Shown: positions 45,357 to 55,499, counted from the stretch's first letter. The stretch is 64,000 nt of DNA from Candidatus Omnitrophota bacterium (GCA_043823745.1 JBDRAN010000044.1:853-64852), one strand, 5' to 3'. A program made the numbers and translations. The notes: generated by a model from the letters alone, not told the origin.

Positions 45357-46892
45357 CTATTTTTTCCGTGCAACAAAAATCACATGCCCGGCAAACTCCA
45401 ACGGCATAACGGTAGTAATCCACTCCATGCTGAAACCATCCCCCCGGCCCAGGCGAAACCAAACAAAACTTATGAAATAACGTATAAACGCCAACGGCAG
45501 AAGCCAGAGGCGCGTAAGCGGAAGCGCTAAATCTGAGAGCGTCTTTCCTCCGTAACGCTGCAAGAATGTCCAGAGGATAAGCGCAAATCCTGAAATATCG
45601 GGAATAAGCACAATATCGGAAAATCCTTCGTCCTTAAGTATACGCTCAAGCACGACGTAACTCATACCGTATGTTGAATGGCCGTGGACCGGCTCCAGAA
45701 AAGAACTCGATCCGCACAGTACCCCTCCTGGTTCAAGCACGCGATAAATTTCTTTGAACGCGCAGGAGGGGTTGTTAAGAAGTGAGGTGACGGTCCAAAA
45801 AATAACACACGCTACTTTTTCTGAACCTATAGGAAGCGTATGGGCATCGCCTGCAATATGGAAGTGCGTTTGAGGATAGTCGAGACCGAACCATGTATAT
45901 CCCGCTTCTATTGCGGCCGCCCTATGCGGCCCCGTACCACAGCCAACATCAAGACAAATACCGTTTCCCGCAGGAAGAAAGTCACGGAGGTCATTCCATT
46001 GCAGGCTTCTTGAAAAAACTTTAAAATCTCTCAGGCGCCACCGGCGGTGCGATACCCCAAAGGGTGACGCGGGCTGGGAAACGATTGTATCATAACGCGC
46101 AGGGACTGTGTTCACTTCCCATATACGCTCAGCGGCTACACCTTTTCCTATATATACGGCATACTGCTTTAAACGCTCCCGGGCCTTCTTTTCCGTACCC
46201 CCCCACAAGCCGATTTGCGATCTGTAGCACAGAACCGCTTGTGCTTTAACGGCGAGGTTAATCGGGAACACGGAAGGCTTCCATAGATGAGCATCCTGAC
46301 GCAAGGAATATTTTTCTACACCGGGCCATGGGTCGTAATGACGAATATGTATGTCTGTACCGGTAAGCCGAGATACTGCCTGACAAACCAGGGCATGGTC
46401 AACGTGGCCGAAAGAATCGATGGGTAGATAGACAAAAGGAGTAAAATTCTCGATGCGTATCCGTTCAATACGCCGCTCCAGGAAAGAAATTATCTCAGCG
46501 GTCAACGCTCCATCATCATCCAAGGGGCACCCCGCAAGAACATCATAGGCACAATAGAGGGGCCTGCCCTCGTGTGTCCGCCGATACGGCGCCTCAATGA
46601 AATTGCAGTGCTCAAAGGAAACGCCAAGAAGGTTACACGCACGCATATCTTCTTCCTGCCGGCAACGGGTAACACTCCTGTTCCCTAAACCCCATTGTGC
46701 ATGAAGATGCCGGGCGAATGCACTCAAAGAAGGACTATCGGCACCTTGTGCAAATAGAGTAAGAACCGTAACCGCTTCGCCCTGCTGGCGTTGCGAATAC
46801 ATAAGCCCTCCGCAGGAAAGTATGGCGTCATCAAAATGAGGAGAAAGATACAAATGATACGGTCGGCGAGAAGAAACATGTTCTGTCATCAT
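45357..46892 (-). CDS. Fusion protein: N-terminal PIG-L/LmbE-family deacetylase plus a C-terminal class I SAM methyltransferase.
   Basis: HLYLSPHFDDAILSCGG is the PIG-L zinc-binding motif. CLDVGCGTGPH is MTase motif I. Confidence 0.7.
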   Translation of the reverse strand: MMTEHVSSRRPYHLYLSPHFDDAILSCGGLMYSQRQQGEAVTVLTLFAQGADSPSLSAFARHLHAQWGLGNRSVTRCRQEEDMRACNLLGVSFEHCNFIEAPYRRTHEGRPLYCAYDVLAGCPLDDDGALTAEIISFLERRIERIRIENFTPFVYLPIDSFGHVDHALVCQAVSRLTGTDIHIRHYDPWPGVEKYSLRQDAHLWKPSVFPINLAVKAQAVLCYRSQIGLWGGTEKKARERLKQYAVYIGKGVAAERIWEVNTVPARYDTIVSQPASPFGVSHRRWRLRDFKVFSRSLQWNDLRDFLPAGNGICLDVGCGTGPHRAAAIEAGYTWFGLDYPQTHFHIAGDAHTLPIGSEKVACVIFWTVTSLLNNPSCAFKEIYRVLEPGGVLCGSSSFLEPVHGHSTYGMSYVVLERILKDEGFSDIVLIPDISGFALILWTFLQRYGGKTLSDLALPLTRLWLLPLAFIRYFISFVWFRLGRGDGFSMEWITTVMPLEFAGHVIFVARKK

Positions 46893-47011
46893 AGCATATC
46901 CTCACAATTTTTGGTTTACGTGCTGTACTCAATATATTATTTTATCACGCAGGACGCAAGGAAAAATTGGCTACAACGTTACTTCGGAAACCGCTCGGCA
47001 ATGCGGTCTCA

Positions 47012-47040
47012 CGCACGCATGATATATTCTCATGCGTGCG
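47012..47040. other. Perfect 11-bp stem hairpin (cgcacgcatga/tcatgcgtgcg) 3' of the GT4 gene.
   Basis: The sequence was read directly. The loop is tatattc. No U-run follows on the coding (minus) strand. Confidence 0.4.
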
Positions 47041-47064
47041 CATACACCATGACAAACGATATGT

Positions 47065-48258
47065 TTATTTTTTAAGATGTTCATAAAGCGCAAGCATCTG
47101 GGCACAGATTTTTTCTGGAGTAAAATTGGTCATGACGTGCGTGCGGCCGGCCTGGCCCATACGTTGGCGAAGCTCGCGATCGCTCAACAGGCGCACTATC
47201 GCGCGAGCCAATTCCTGCACATTTTTTGGTGGCACCAGTATGCCGGTAACATTATCAAGGACTGTTTCGGGCAAAGCTCCGGATGCAGCCGCCACAACCG
47301 GCAAGCCAAAAATCATTGCCTCGATGCATGATATCGAGAATGTTTCAAAATATGACGGCATGACAAAAATCAACGAATTTTGATAAAGCTCGAAAACCTT
47401 CGACCATGCAAGATGGCCTCGAAGATCAAGGTAGGGTGCAATGCCCAGTTCCTTAATAGTTTTCTGCAACGTTTGCTGCGTTAAAGACATATGCCGGCCG
47501 CCCGCGAAGATAAACTTTACATCAGGATATTGCTCAATAACATAGGGGATGGCCCGCAGGAGGCATAGTATTCCCTTTCTATATTCCAGTCTGCCCGTAT
47601 AAAGAACCGTGGGTGCGCCATTGGTGGGCGACAGGGAGCGTGATACATGCGGAAGAAAATCCGCGTCTATCGGGTTTGGTATAACGCGTACTTGTTGTTC
47701 TGGGATACGCAGCTCACCAGCGATCTCACGTGCCTGGAAATGACTCGGCGCAACGATACAGGCGCATTTCCGTAAACACCAGCACTCTATCATTCTCGAT
47801 AGTTTATGGCCGAGGTATATCGCTTCGCCGCTGAATTTGCTCATCGTGACATACGATCCGTGTGTTTTAATCACCAGGGGTATTTTCTTTATAAAAAGCG
47901 TAATCAATAAATTTCCGGTTTCTGACGACTCGATAACATCAATGGGATGTTTTTTTAAAATCTTTCTGAGGGCAAACCAGGCGCTTAATGCCCACTCAAG
48001 CTGGCAAATGATTGCCGATATTCTTTTTCCTATAACGGGAACCTTATGCACATAATAGTGTATGTTGCCAAAGGGAACGCTATAGACTTTTACGCCCGCA
48101 GGATCGGAAAACACATGTTCCCCGGCAAAAGCTTTCGCGATAATTATGACGTTGTGTCCTGAGGAAACAAAATTTTGTGAAAGGGTTTTAAGATATGATG
48201 CTATCCCTCCCCCTCCTTCTGTCCGGTGATAATCAATAGAAATATAACAGATATTCAT
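47065..48258 (-). CDS. GT4 glycosyltransferase.
   Basis: FETFSISCIEAMIFGLPVVAAASGALPETV is an EX7E-type motif. Confidence 0.75.
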   Translation of the reverse strand: MNICYISIDYHRTEGGGGIASYLKTLSQNFVSSGHNVIIIAKAFAGEHVFSDPAGVKVYSVPFGNIHYYVHKVPVIGKRISAIICQLEWALSAWFALRKILKKHPIDVIESSETGNLLITLFIKKIPLVIKTHGSYVTMSKFSGEAIYLGHKLSRMIECWCLRKCACIVAPSHFQAREIAGELRIPEQQVRVIPNPIDADFLPHVSRSLSPTNGAPTVLYTGRLEYRKGILCLLRAIPYVIEQYPDVKFIFAGGRHMSLTQQTLQKTIKELGIAPYLDLRGHLAWSKVFELYQNSLIFVMPSYFETFSISCIEAMIFGLPVVAAASGALPETVLDNVTGILVPPKNVQELARAIVRLLSDRELRQRMGQAGRTHVMTNFTPEKICAQMLALYEHLKK

Positions 48259-48542
48259 AGCGTAGTAGGGGGAGTGTGAGTATCTTTGGTAATAATGAAA
48301 AAATAGTGCCCCGATAAGAAAAGCTTGACGGCGTTGATCCGCGCCGGGGAGCTAGCGCATAGACGACCTAAAAAATAAATAAGCTTATTAATAATCGTCT
48401 CTCGGTTTACAGTGACAAAGCGTTTACATCGAAAAAGGGAGATACCGAGTATTAAGGAAAAACAATCGATGCCGGGCCTGATTTCCTTGACGTTCAAAGA
48501 AGCGTTCTTGGCTAACACCCATAACCCATACGGCGTAATATT

Positions 48543-48974
48543 TCATAAGCTACGGGAGCGATAGGGTTCAAGTTGAGAAACCGATCCTATCACATAACCA
48601 TTATGTTTTAAAACCCGGGATAGTTCAGATAAAACAATGTGTGGCTTCTCAATATGCTTCAGGACATGGTCCAGCACTACCATATCAAAGCACTCGTCAG
48701 GAAACGGCAATCTCGTGCCATCGTACACAACAAACGATGCATCGAGCCTGCGCCGGACGGGGCTTTCAGGAGAAGCAAGAATATCGCACCCCACATAGGT
48801 TGACGGTATGTTCTTGAAAAAATCTACATACTTTCCTTCACCACATCCTAAATCGAGGATCCGGGGGCTGGTCATGTTTTTCAAATACCCGTGGAGAATA
48901 TCACGCACGGATTCTATGCGCGCGCAATCATCGCGAACAAGGTCTCTTATCTCGGTATCAAGAAAATTAAACAT
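48543..48974 (-). CDS. Small class I SAM-dependent methyltransferase.
   Basis: ILDLGCGEGKY is motif I. Length 143 aa. Confidence 0.7.
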   Translation of the reverse strand: MFNFLDTEIRDLVRDDCARIESVRDILHGYLKNMTSPRILDLGCGEGKYVDFFKNIPSTYVGCDILASPESPVRRRLDASFVVYDGTRLPFPDECFDMVVLDHVLKHIEKPHIVLSELSRVLKHNGYVIGSVSQLEPYRSRSL

Positions 48975-49009
48975 GCTTTTCCTCTACAATCAAAAAACGC
49001 ATAATCAAA

Positions 49010-50062
49010 TTAACAATTCAGTATAAACTTCAGCTCATGGACATATGTCTTGTCGTATTGGCCATCCATATCCTTAAGAGCATCGTAAGCGTCTTTGGCA
49101 ACACGCGCGCGTAACGGTGGATTTTTCTTTAGCAATCTTTTAGCCGACGCATCATAACCGAATTCAATTATGTCCGCGCCGATTTCTTTTGCTTTTCTGA
49201 TAAATAAGGCGATTTCATGAAGGTTTTCAGGCACGATAGTCATATGAAAAAGAACTTTACAATCTTTATTCAGGGCTTTCGCTATTCGTTTTATCATGAC
49301 GATATTCGCTAATACCTTTTCGAAACAAGAACCTCGATTAATTTTCTCGTGAGTTTCTTTTGTTGCCGCGTTAAGAGACACATTATACGATTTTGAATAC
49401 TGCACGATCATCCGTGCGAGGCGCTCATTCATGATTGTCCCATTCGTAATAAAGGAAACATCGCACCCCTTCTCTCCATAAAACCGAAATGCCTCTATTG
49501 CGCCCGGCATAAATAAAGGTTCGCCTCCCTGTATTACGACTGTCGTCGCGGCTGTCACCGGTATTTTATCTTTAATTTTCTCAAAGTCTAAAACCGGTAT
49601 GCTTGTATCCTGGCCCCGCTGCGGACACATAATGCAACTAACATTGCAACGTTCGCCGAACAAAAGCCAGATTTTGCGTAACTTGTCGGGCGCTACGCTC
49701 AAGGGAGGGCGCTGCGGCAAATCATACTGCCGCGAAGCAATGTAACATGCGCGCCGACAATGAAGCGCGCCGGCCAAACACCTCTTCCGAGATATTTTCA
49801 TCCTGCGAGAGTTCCATATTTCTGCCCACGAGTCTCGATAAATATTCCCGACGATCTCGGGCATATAATGGCAGCACGCATACACGTCGCCTAAGTAATT
49901 GATAAAAGTTTCTTCCCAGAGATGATGACAATATCTAATCGTATCTGGTTTCAGATAATACCGTAATCTCCAAAAATCACGAATATACCGTAAGCAGACA
50001 ATGAGGGGTTTATTCTTTTTCAAAATAAAAACTAATTTATTCTGTACGCGCTTAATCTGCAT
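49010..50062 (-). CDS. Radical SAM protein with an N-terminal Cys-rich region.
   Basis: ERCNVSCIMCPQ is a Cx3Cx2C motif. It is preceded by about 130 aa containing 7 Cys (CHH..., ACCHY, CLAGALHCRRAC). Confidence 0.65.
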   Translation of the reverse strand: MQIKRVQNKLVFILKKNKPLIVCLRYIRDFWRLRYYLKPDTIRYCHHLWEETFINYLGDVYACCHYMPEIVGNIYRDSWAEIWNSRRMKISRKRCLAGALHCRRACYIASRQYDLPQRPPLSVAPDKLRKIWLLFGERCNVSCIMCPQRGQDTSIPVLDFEKIKDKIPVTAATTVVIQGGEPLFMPGAIEAFRFYGEKGCDVSFITNGTIMNERLARMIVQYSKSYNVSLNAATKETHEKINRGSCFEKVLANIVMIKRIAKALNKDCKVLFHMTIVPENLHEIALFIRKAKEIGADIIEFGYDASAKRLLKKNPPLRARVAKDAYDALKDMDGQYDKTYVHELKFILNC

Positions 50063-50156
50063 GGTTCTTACGCTGTATATTCGTGCAATAAAAATTATGG
50101 AAACATCACGGTGACGGACACCGTATGTTCAGGACGTGCAAGAAATAACCCGACCT

Positions 50157-52103
50157 TTACTTAGTATATGGTTCATGGGACAAGCGCGCAAAGAGACGAC
50201 GAAACCATGTATATAGCGCCCTTACCGTCGCATACCTGTCCGCGATACGTTTTAATGTATATCGTAGGTATTTGTTTTGCAACGTTTCTATTTCTTCTGC
50301 GGTCCAATGCCCCATTTTCAACTCGCAGCCAAGACAATCAAAGTATGGCTTTTTACGATTTACATGCCTACGGACACCTCTAAATTTCTTAGTATTCCAG
50401 AGAGCAATAAATCGTTCTCTCCCCGTCTTAAGTTTTGCGAGGTCGAGCTCTCTGCAACAACAGGAAATAGTACCGCGGCTATCAATGGCCACGCACGTCC
50501 ACGGTAAATAGCAAGCTATTAATTCCTTACGTGCGACGCCGATGCCGCTATTCTTCTTTTCGGGATTATACTTGTCTTTAAAAGTTATCGTTATCGGTAT
50601 TCCTGTCTGTTGAGATTTTTCCTCAAACTTTCTTATATAGGAAACGGTCTTCTGGGGGTCCTGCCAGAGGCACTCCCTCTCTTTCTCCTTTGTGAATGCT
50701 GTAAATTCTCTAAACAGAATTTTATCGACACCTATGTCTTTCAGGGCAAACACATCCATTAAATTCTCAAGATTACTCAGCATAACGCAAATAGCCAGAA
50801 CGATAAACGGCTTATTTTTTTTCTTTTCTTTTCGGTACTCCGCGATCAGTTTTATATTTTCTGCAATCTTTTCCCAAGGAAAATGCCTCGTTCTTGAATA
50901 AGCCTCGCCTATTCCCTCAACACTTATCTCCAGCGCATCAACATTCTCAGCAATGATATCTGCTTTTTCACGATCAAGCAGAGTAAGATTGGTAATAAGC
51001 GAAACCTCTTTTAGATGAGCATTATTTTTCCTGTCCAATATCTTAAAAAAATACTTAAAATCTTTGGAGAATAAGGGTTCCCCTATGTCCGCCCCCCCAA
51101 TTCTTACGTATTGACAATGAACCAGGATATTCTTCACGATATATTCCAAGAACTCTCGTGGCATATCCGTTGCTATGCCCGGCCGATCAGCTTCTGAGCA
51201 ATGCCAGCAACACAAGTTGCATCGTGAAGTGAGCGAAATCATTGCCTTTTCAGGGTAATCATACGAAAACGTATTGCCTGAATCATATTTTTGATTATAC
51301 TGCTGTGCCCAAAATTGGGGTTCATTGTTAGTCGTCGTGGGTGCAGCAGATAGCTGCATACGTTTCTCGCATTTTTGAGATCCATAAAAATACCGGCGTA
51401 TTCTGTGTGTAATTTTCTTTACCAAGGTAACCATTTCTCCTTTATATACATGCCTGGTTGCAGAATACAGTGCCCGGAAACGGTGAGCACCACCTGCGTT
51501 CTGATGTAGCGAATTACGCATAACAAACGATTGTTGATGAAACTCCCTGCTATGACTGCCCTCTGCTCTTTTGGTGAAGATAGCAGCTCGCTGAGGTATG
51601 CTTTTAATTAATTTCCACTCAGCTTCCAAACAAAGGAATTCCTCCAAGACTTTGCCTGTCCATATGTTCGTATCATCAACGATCAAGATGCCGCCGGTTT
51701 TCAATCCTGATGAAGCATAATACCAGTCGATAAAGGGGGTAGGAAATGCATGGCGACCGTCGATAAGTACCAAATCAAGATCTTTAAGTTGTAAGTGCGG
51801 CAATGCGTCTTCTGATTTTTGTACCTGAAAATTGATCTTTTCAAGTGAAATATTTCTGTTTTTACAATAGGTCACAATATTGATAACCTCTTTTTCATTC
51901 GGCGTAATACAGATATGGTGTGTCCCTCGAAGCGCAAAAACAATCGTACTAAGCCCTGCACCGGTTTCCAAAGTTTTTGAGGTTTCATCCACCGCATCAT
52001 AAATATATTGCGATAATGCGCGCACCAATTTGAAAGGAACAGGACTATCCGGCATGTCGCCTGGCAGGGCATACATCTCGTTTAAAAATTCATCAATGTT
52101 CAT
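50157..52103 (-). CDS. Fusion protein: N-terminal class I (TylF/MycF-like) SAM methyltransferase plus a C-terminal radical SAM domain with a SPASM-like Cys cluster.
   Basis: The N-terminus has TGAGLSTIVFAL ... LIDGRHAF. A mid-protein SRCNLCCWHCSE motif is Cx3Cx2C. The C-terminus has SCCCREL and FDCLGC. Confidence 0.65.
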   Translation of the reverse strand: MNIDEFLNEMYALPGDMPDSPVPFKLVRALSQYIYDAVDETSKTLETGAGLSTIVFALRGTHHICITPNEKEVINIVTYCKNRNISLEKINFQVQKSEDALPHLQLKDLDLVLIDGRHAFPTPFIDWYYASSGLKTGGILIVDDTNIWTGKVLEEFLCLEAEWKLIKSIPQRAAIFTKRAEGSHSREFHQQSFVMRNSLHQNAGGAHRFRALYSATRHVYKGEMVTLVKKITHRIRRYFYGSQKCEKRMQLSAAPTTTNNEPQFWAQQYNQKYDSGNTFSYDYPEKAMISLTSRCNLCCWHCSEADRPGIATDMPREFLEYIVKNILVHCQYVRIGGADIGEPLFSKDFKYFFKILDRKNNAHLKEVSLITNLTLLDREKADIIAENVDALEISVEGIGEAYSRTRHFPWEKIAENIKLIAEYRKEKKKNKPFIVLAICVMLSNLENLMDVFALKDIGVDKILFREFTAFTKEKERECLWQDPQKTVSYIRKFEEKSQQTGIPITITFKDKYNPEKKNSGIGVARKELIACYLPWTCVAIDSRGTISCCCRELDLAKLKTGRERFIALWNTKKFRGVRRHVNRKKPYFDCLGCELKMGHWTAEEIETLQNKYLRYTLKRIADRYATVRALYTWFRRLFARLSHEPYTK

Positions 52104-52201
52104 TGGATTTATAATTTTTTAACGAAAAATTCCATATTACGGGGCATGGCGCGGTAAAATATGAGTTATATCAATGGAAACGCAGGATGCCTCGTCGAGT
52201 C

Positions 52202-54292
52202 TCACTTCGATTCCATACTATGCGCGCCAGAAAACAGCTCGCGCCGAAGGAATAAAGACCTTTTTGTGAAAGGAACTTCTAATTTTAAAAATCCCGCCGC
52301 ATTCGGATTATCGAGAAATTCTTTGCGTTCACTGGCTTCAAATCGTATGGATTGTTTTAGAAGCCCGGTTGCCAATACCATATTTATTTCATGTTGCTTC
52401 ATAAAAGCAGTAAAAGACTCATTCGTACCGACTCCCATGAGGCTTGTATAATTATCTCCTACGTAAATATCGAATTTACCTTCTGCCGTCAGTAAATTGA
52501 CTTTATCGCGTATCCGCAGTAACTTTATAAACTCTAGTGTCTTTAGATTGCCCTGCCAGTCATGATGCATTCTTTGCGTAGTTATCTTTTTTGGCATCAA
52601 ACCAAAGGAATATCCTACGCCTGAGGGATGCTCCACAATCGGATACGGCGTGAGTAATACTATACAAAGGCCTGTCGCAAAGGCTTTGACTACCCCCGGC
52701 CGCTGCATACAAACATTTTTGTTAAAAGCATGTGAGGCGAAATACGCGATAAGAATTATTATAATCGTGAGTTGCAAAATAAGGTAATGCTCTCGGGGAT
52801 AGACTACGAACGCTGACAGCATACTAGCCGCGGAGACCAGCAGCAAAACAACACCAAGATGTTTAAGGAGAGTATAATCGATGGTTCGAACAATACGTCT
52901 TCTCGCGACTACCAAACAGATACCAAGCGCCCCCAGAAAGAGGACATAGAATAACCGCATCACGGTATCCAGCGGCCGCCAACAGGAAGGATTGGGCTTT
53001 ATTAATAGCAATTGCATCAACGTTGGAGTATACCGATATACGTTATAGAAGACATGCCGCAAAAATTCTTTCGGATTATTCAATATTGCCGTAACAACAG
53101 TATTGGCATTACCAAAGGCACTTTTTGTAATGTCTACCCAGACCTCCCACGGGTCAACCAGACTATGGTGCCGCTGAACATAATTGATACTGAAATGCTG
53201 GGCAAATGACAGCCAGCTTTTGGCAATGGTAGTATGATCGCCTGTCAAACGTATCGGTTCATACGGCTTAGACTCCCACAAGGGATTACCAAAAATAGCA
53301 ATCATCGCGACGCCGATCAAGACAAAAGAAAATATTTTACTCAGGTGCAGACACGGCTTTCCAGATATTTTCACCGATGCTCGTAAATACCAAAACAGCG
53401 CAAGCGCACCCAGAAGAAGAAGTGAAACAAAATATTCTGGCCTAACGAAAGAAACCGTTAAGATGCCCAATCCCAGTATATAGTAATAATTTTCCTTTGA
53501 TGTGGTGAAGGTGGCAAGGATAAGGAACAGGAGAAAGATCGACAACGCATAAAGGGTAACCCACGTATTATCCCATCGAAAAACTCCTGACATCAAGAAT
53601 AAGAAAGAAGCAAGGGCCGAGATGAAAGGCATGACGTGGAGCCGTCTCAGGTAAATATAGAGCAACAGCGTTGTCGAAGAAACCAAGATTTTAAAATTCA
53701 TATAATAGAGTTGCACATAATCTTTACTGAAAAAAGACAATACAAAATACCAAACCGCATACAAAGGCGCCCACTGCGCATGCGGTAGCCCCTTAATCGG
53801 CAGCTTGATGCCTCTTTGTAAATAATACGTCTCATCCCAAAGGCTGATATCCATGATCGCTTCAGCGGAGTAGGTATATTTCATTACCGCAAGCATAAGA
53901 AATAAAAAGACAATTATGTCGACGCCTAATATCTTAACCATTGAACGCCGCTCCGGTGTAACGGACACCGCAGCACCATCGATGTCTACCGGGCCCCCAT
54001 GGCAGGAGGTTTTAACGGTACGCAAGAAATAAAGAATCATACATAGAAAAAAATAGACATAAACACTTACGAAAAGCGCCTGCTGGCATATCTCATCTCC
54101 TATCGCATAGTAATGTTCCAACGAATACAGCAACTGCGCTTCAATGACCCTATTCAAGAAACCAAACGACTCGCCGTGATACATCGCGGCGATGAGTTTA
54201 TGGCCAAAGCAGAGATATAAAAACCATCCCGTCAAGAGCAACGCAAGTAACGGCGACAGAGGGAGCGCTAATTTTTTTTTATCGTTGAACAT
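52202..54292 (-). CDS. Large polytopic membrane protein of unknown function (possible GT-C-like or polymerase).
   Basis: 696 aa with more than 12 predicted TM helices and an acidic motif (DISLWDETYY) in an early loop. There is no soluble catalytic motif. Confidence 0.4.
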   Translation of the reverse strand: MFNDKKKLALPLSPLLALLLTGWFLYLCFGHKLIAAMYHGESFGFLNRVIEAQLLYSLEHYYAIGDEICQQALFVSVYVYFFLCMILYFLRTVKTSCHGGPVDIDGAAVSVTPERRSMVKILGVDIIVFLFLMLAVMKYTYSAEAIMDISLWDETYYLQRGIKLPIKGLPHAQWAPLYAVWYFVLSFFSKDYVQLYYMNFKILVSSTTLLLYIYLRRLHVMPFISALASFLFLMSGVFRWDNTWVTLYALSIFLLFLILATFTTSKENYYYILGLGILTVSFVRPEYFVSLLLLGALALFWYLRASVKISGKPCLHLSKIFSFVLIGVAMIAIFGNPLWESKPYEPIRLTGDHTTIAKSWLSFAQHFSINYVQRHHSLVDPWEVWVDITKSAFGNANTVVTAILNNPKEFLRHVFYNVYRYTPTLMQLLLIKPNPSCWRPLDTVMRLFYVLFLGALGICLVVARRRIVRTIDYTLLKHLGVVLLLVSAASMLSAFVVYPREHYLILQLTIIIILIAYFASHAFNKNVCMQRPGVVKAFATGLCIVLLTPYPIVEHPSGVGYSFGLMPKKITTQRMHHDWQGNLKTLEFIKLLRIRDKVNLLTAEGKFDIYVGDNYTSLMGVGTNESFTAFMKQHEINMVLATGLLKQSIRFEASERKEFLDNPNAAGFLKLEVPFTKRSLFLRRELFSGAHSMESK

Positions 54293-54311
54293 AGAGCGAT
54301 ACGTATCGAAG

Positions 54312-55439
54312 CTAGAAATTTGGATTGAAAACCTTCATCATACGTATTATTTCCCGGGAAACAATGATATTGATGAAATGCTTTAATTGTATTATCCACT
54401 TGCTACAGAATTCTTCCGTGGTCATCAATGTTCCCCCCACCATGATCATTGATGTGCCGACGGGTAAACTATCTTTCATAGAGAGAGCCTTGAGAACATG
54501 CTTCGGCAATATTTTCTCCATACAGTTTTGCTTTGTCAATCCTTTCTCGCACAATCGGAGTCTATATGATCTCTGGCATGGGCTGCACGACGTTGACGAA
54601 GTAATCGAAATAGATTTACCCTCTCTGCCTACCCAGGGATGCAGCAGAACGGGAGAAGAAGTGCCGTGTAATGAAATAATCGGCACTCCGCTGACTGCGG
54701 CAATATGCATTGCGCCGTGATCGGTGGTGATGAGCACATTGAGCTGTTGACATAAGCCGATAAATTCTTGTATCGAGGCCGTACGTTGGTATGAACAGCC
54801 CGTTAATGACACTATTTGTTCCATATTCGACCAATCACATGCTGCCCCCACGACGACAACATTTTCTTTGCCGAGTGAAGCAATAAGCGTTTGCCAGTGG
54901 CCCAGCGGCCAGCTTCTATTCTTTTTTGCCTGGAATTCAGTTTGCGCCGTATATATGCAACAACCTATTTTATTTTTATGTTCGGCGAACAAAGCGTAAG
55001 ATGGACGGGGGCAATAAAGCGCAGGGGTCTCGCCCGTATAGCCGATACGCCTGAGGAGCTCCATATTCAATTCTACCTGGTGCTTCTCAAAAAGCATATG
55101 CCGATACGCTGCAGTGACTTTTTTCTTCCAGCGTTGCGGTTCAGTCGGATACAAATGGCTCAATTCTATATAGCATTTGGCCTTTTTAGCGCATTCCTTG
55201 ACTGCGTCGGCACAGGAAAAAACCGGCATTACCGCCATATCATAGCCGGAAAGATCGAGTCCATCGGTAAATACAGCCGTGTGATCAAAAAGATTAATTC
55301 CTTCAAGCACCGGGTGATTGTTTCTTTCAGAAACTACATCGAGCGTTTCCTGAGGATACAGCCTGCGCAATGCGGCATACAACGGAGTTGCCATAATCGT
55401 ATCGCCGATCTCTTGAGGCGCAAAGGTAACAATCTTCAT
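54312..55439 (-). CDS. GT9 glycosyltransferase (LPS heptosyltransferase family).
   Basis: The N-terminus has MKIVTFAPQEIGDTIMATP. The ITTDHGAMHIAAVSGVPIISLHG motif matches the GT9 consensus D-[ST]-G-x-M-H-[IL]-A-A. Confidence 0.75.
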   Translation of the reverse strand: MKIVTFAPQEIGDTIMATPLYAALRRLYPQETLDVVSERNNHPVLEGINLFDHTAVFTDGLDLSGYDMAVMPVFSCADAVKECAKKAKCYIELSHLYPTEPQRWKKKVTAAYRHMLFEKHQVELNMELLRRIGYTGETPALYCPRPSYALFAEHKNKIGCCIYTAQTEFQAKKNRSWPLGHWQTLIASLGKENVVVVGAACDWSNMEQIVSLTGCSYQRTASIQEFIGLCQQLNVLITTDHGAMHIAAVSGVPIISLHGTSSPVLLHPWVGREGKSISITSSTSCSPCQRSYRLRLCEKGLTKQNCMEKILPKHVLKALSMKDSLPVGTSMIMVGGTLMTTEEFCSKWIIQLKHFINIIVSREIIRMMKVFNPNF

Positions 55440-55499
55440 CGTGGATTTATACGTTTAACGAGCACATAATACTGTGCCCTTTCATGCTTTACCATAGCT

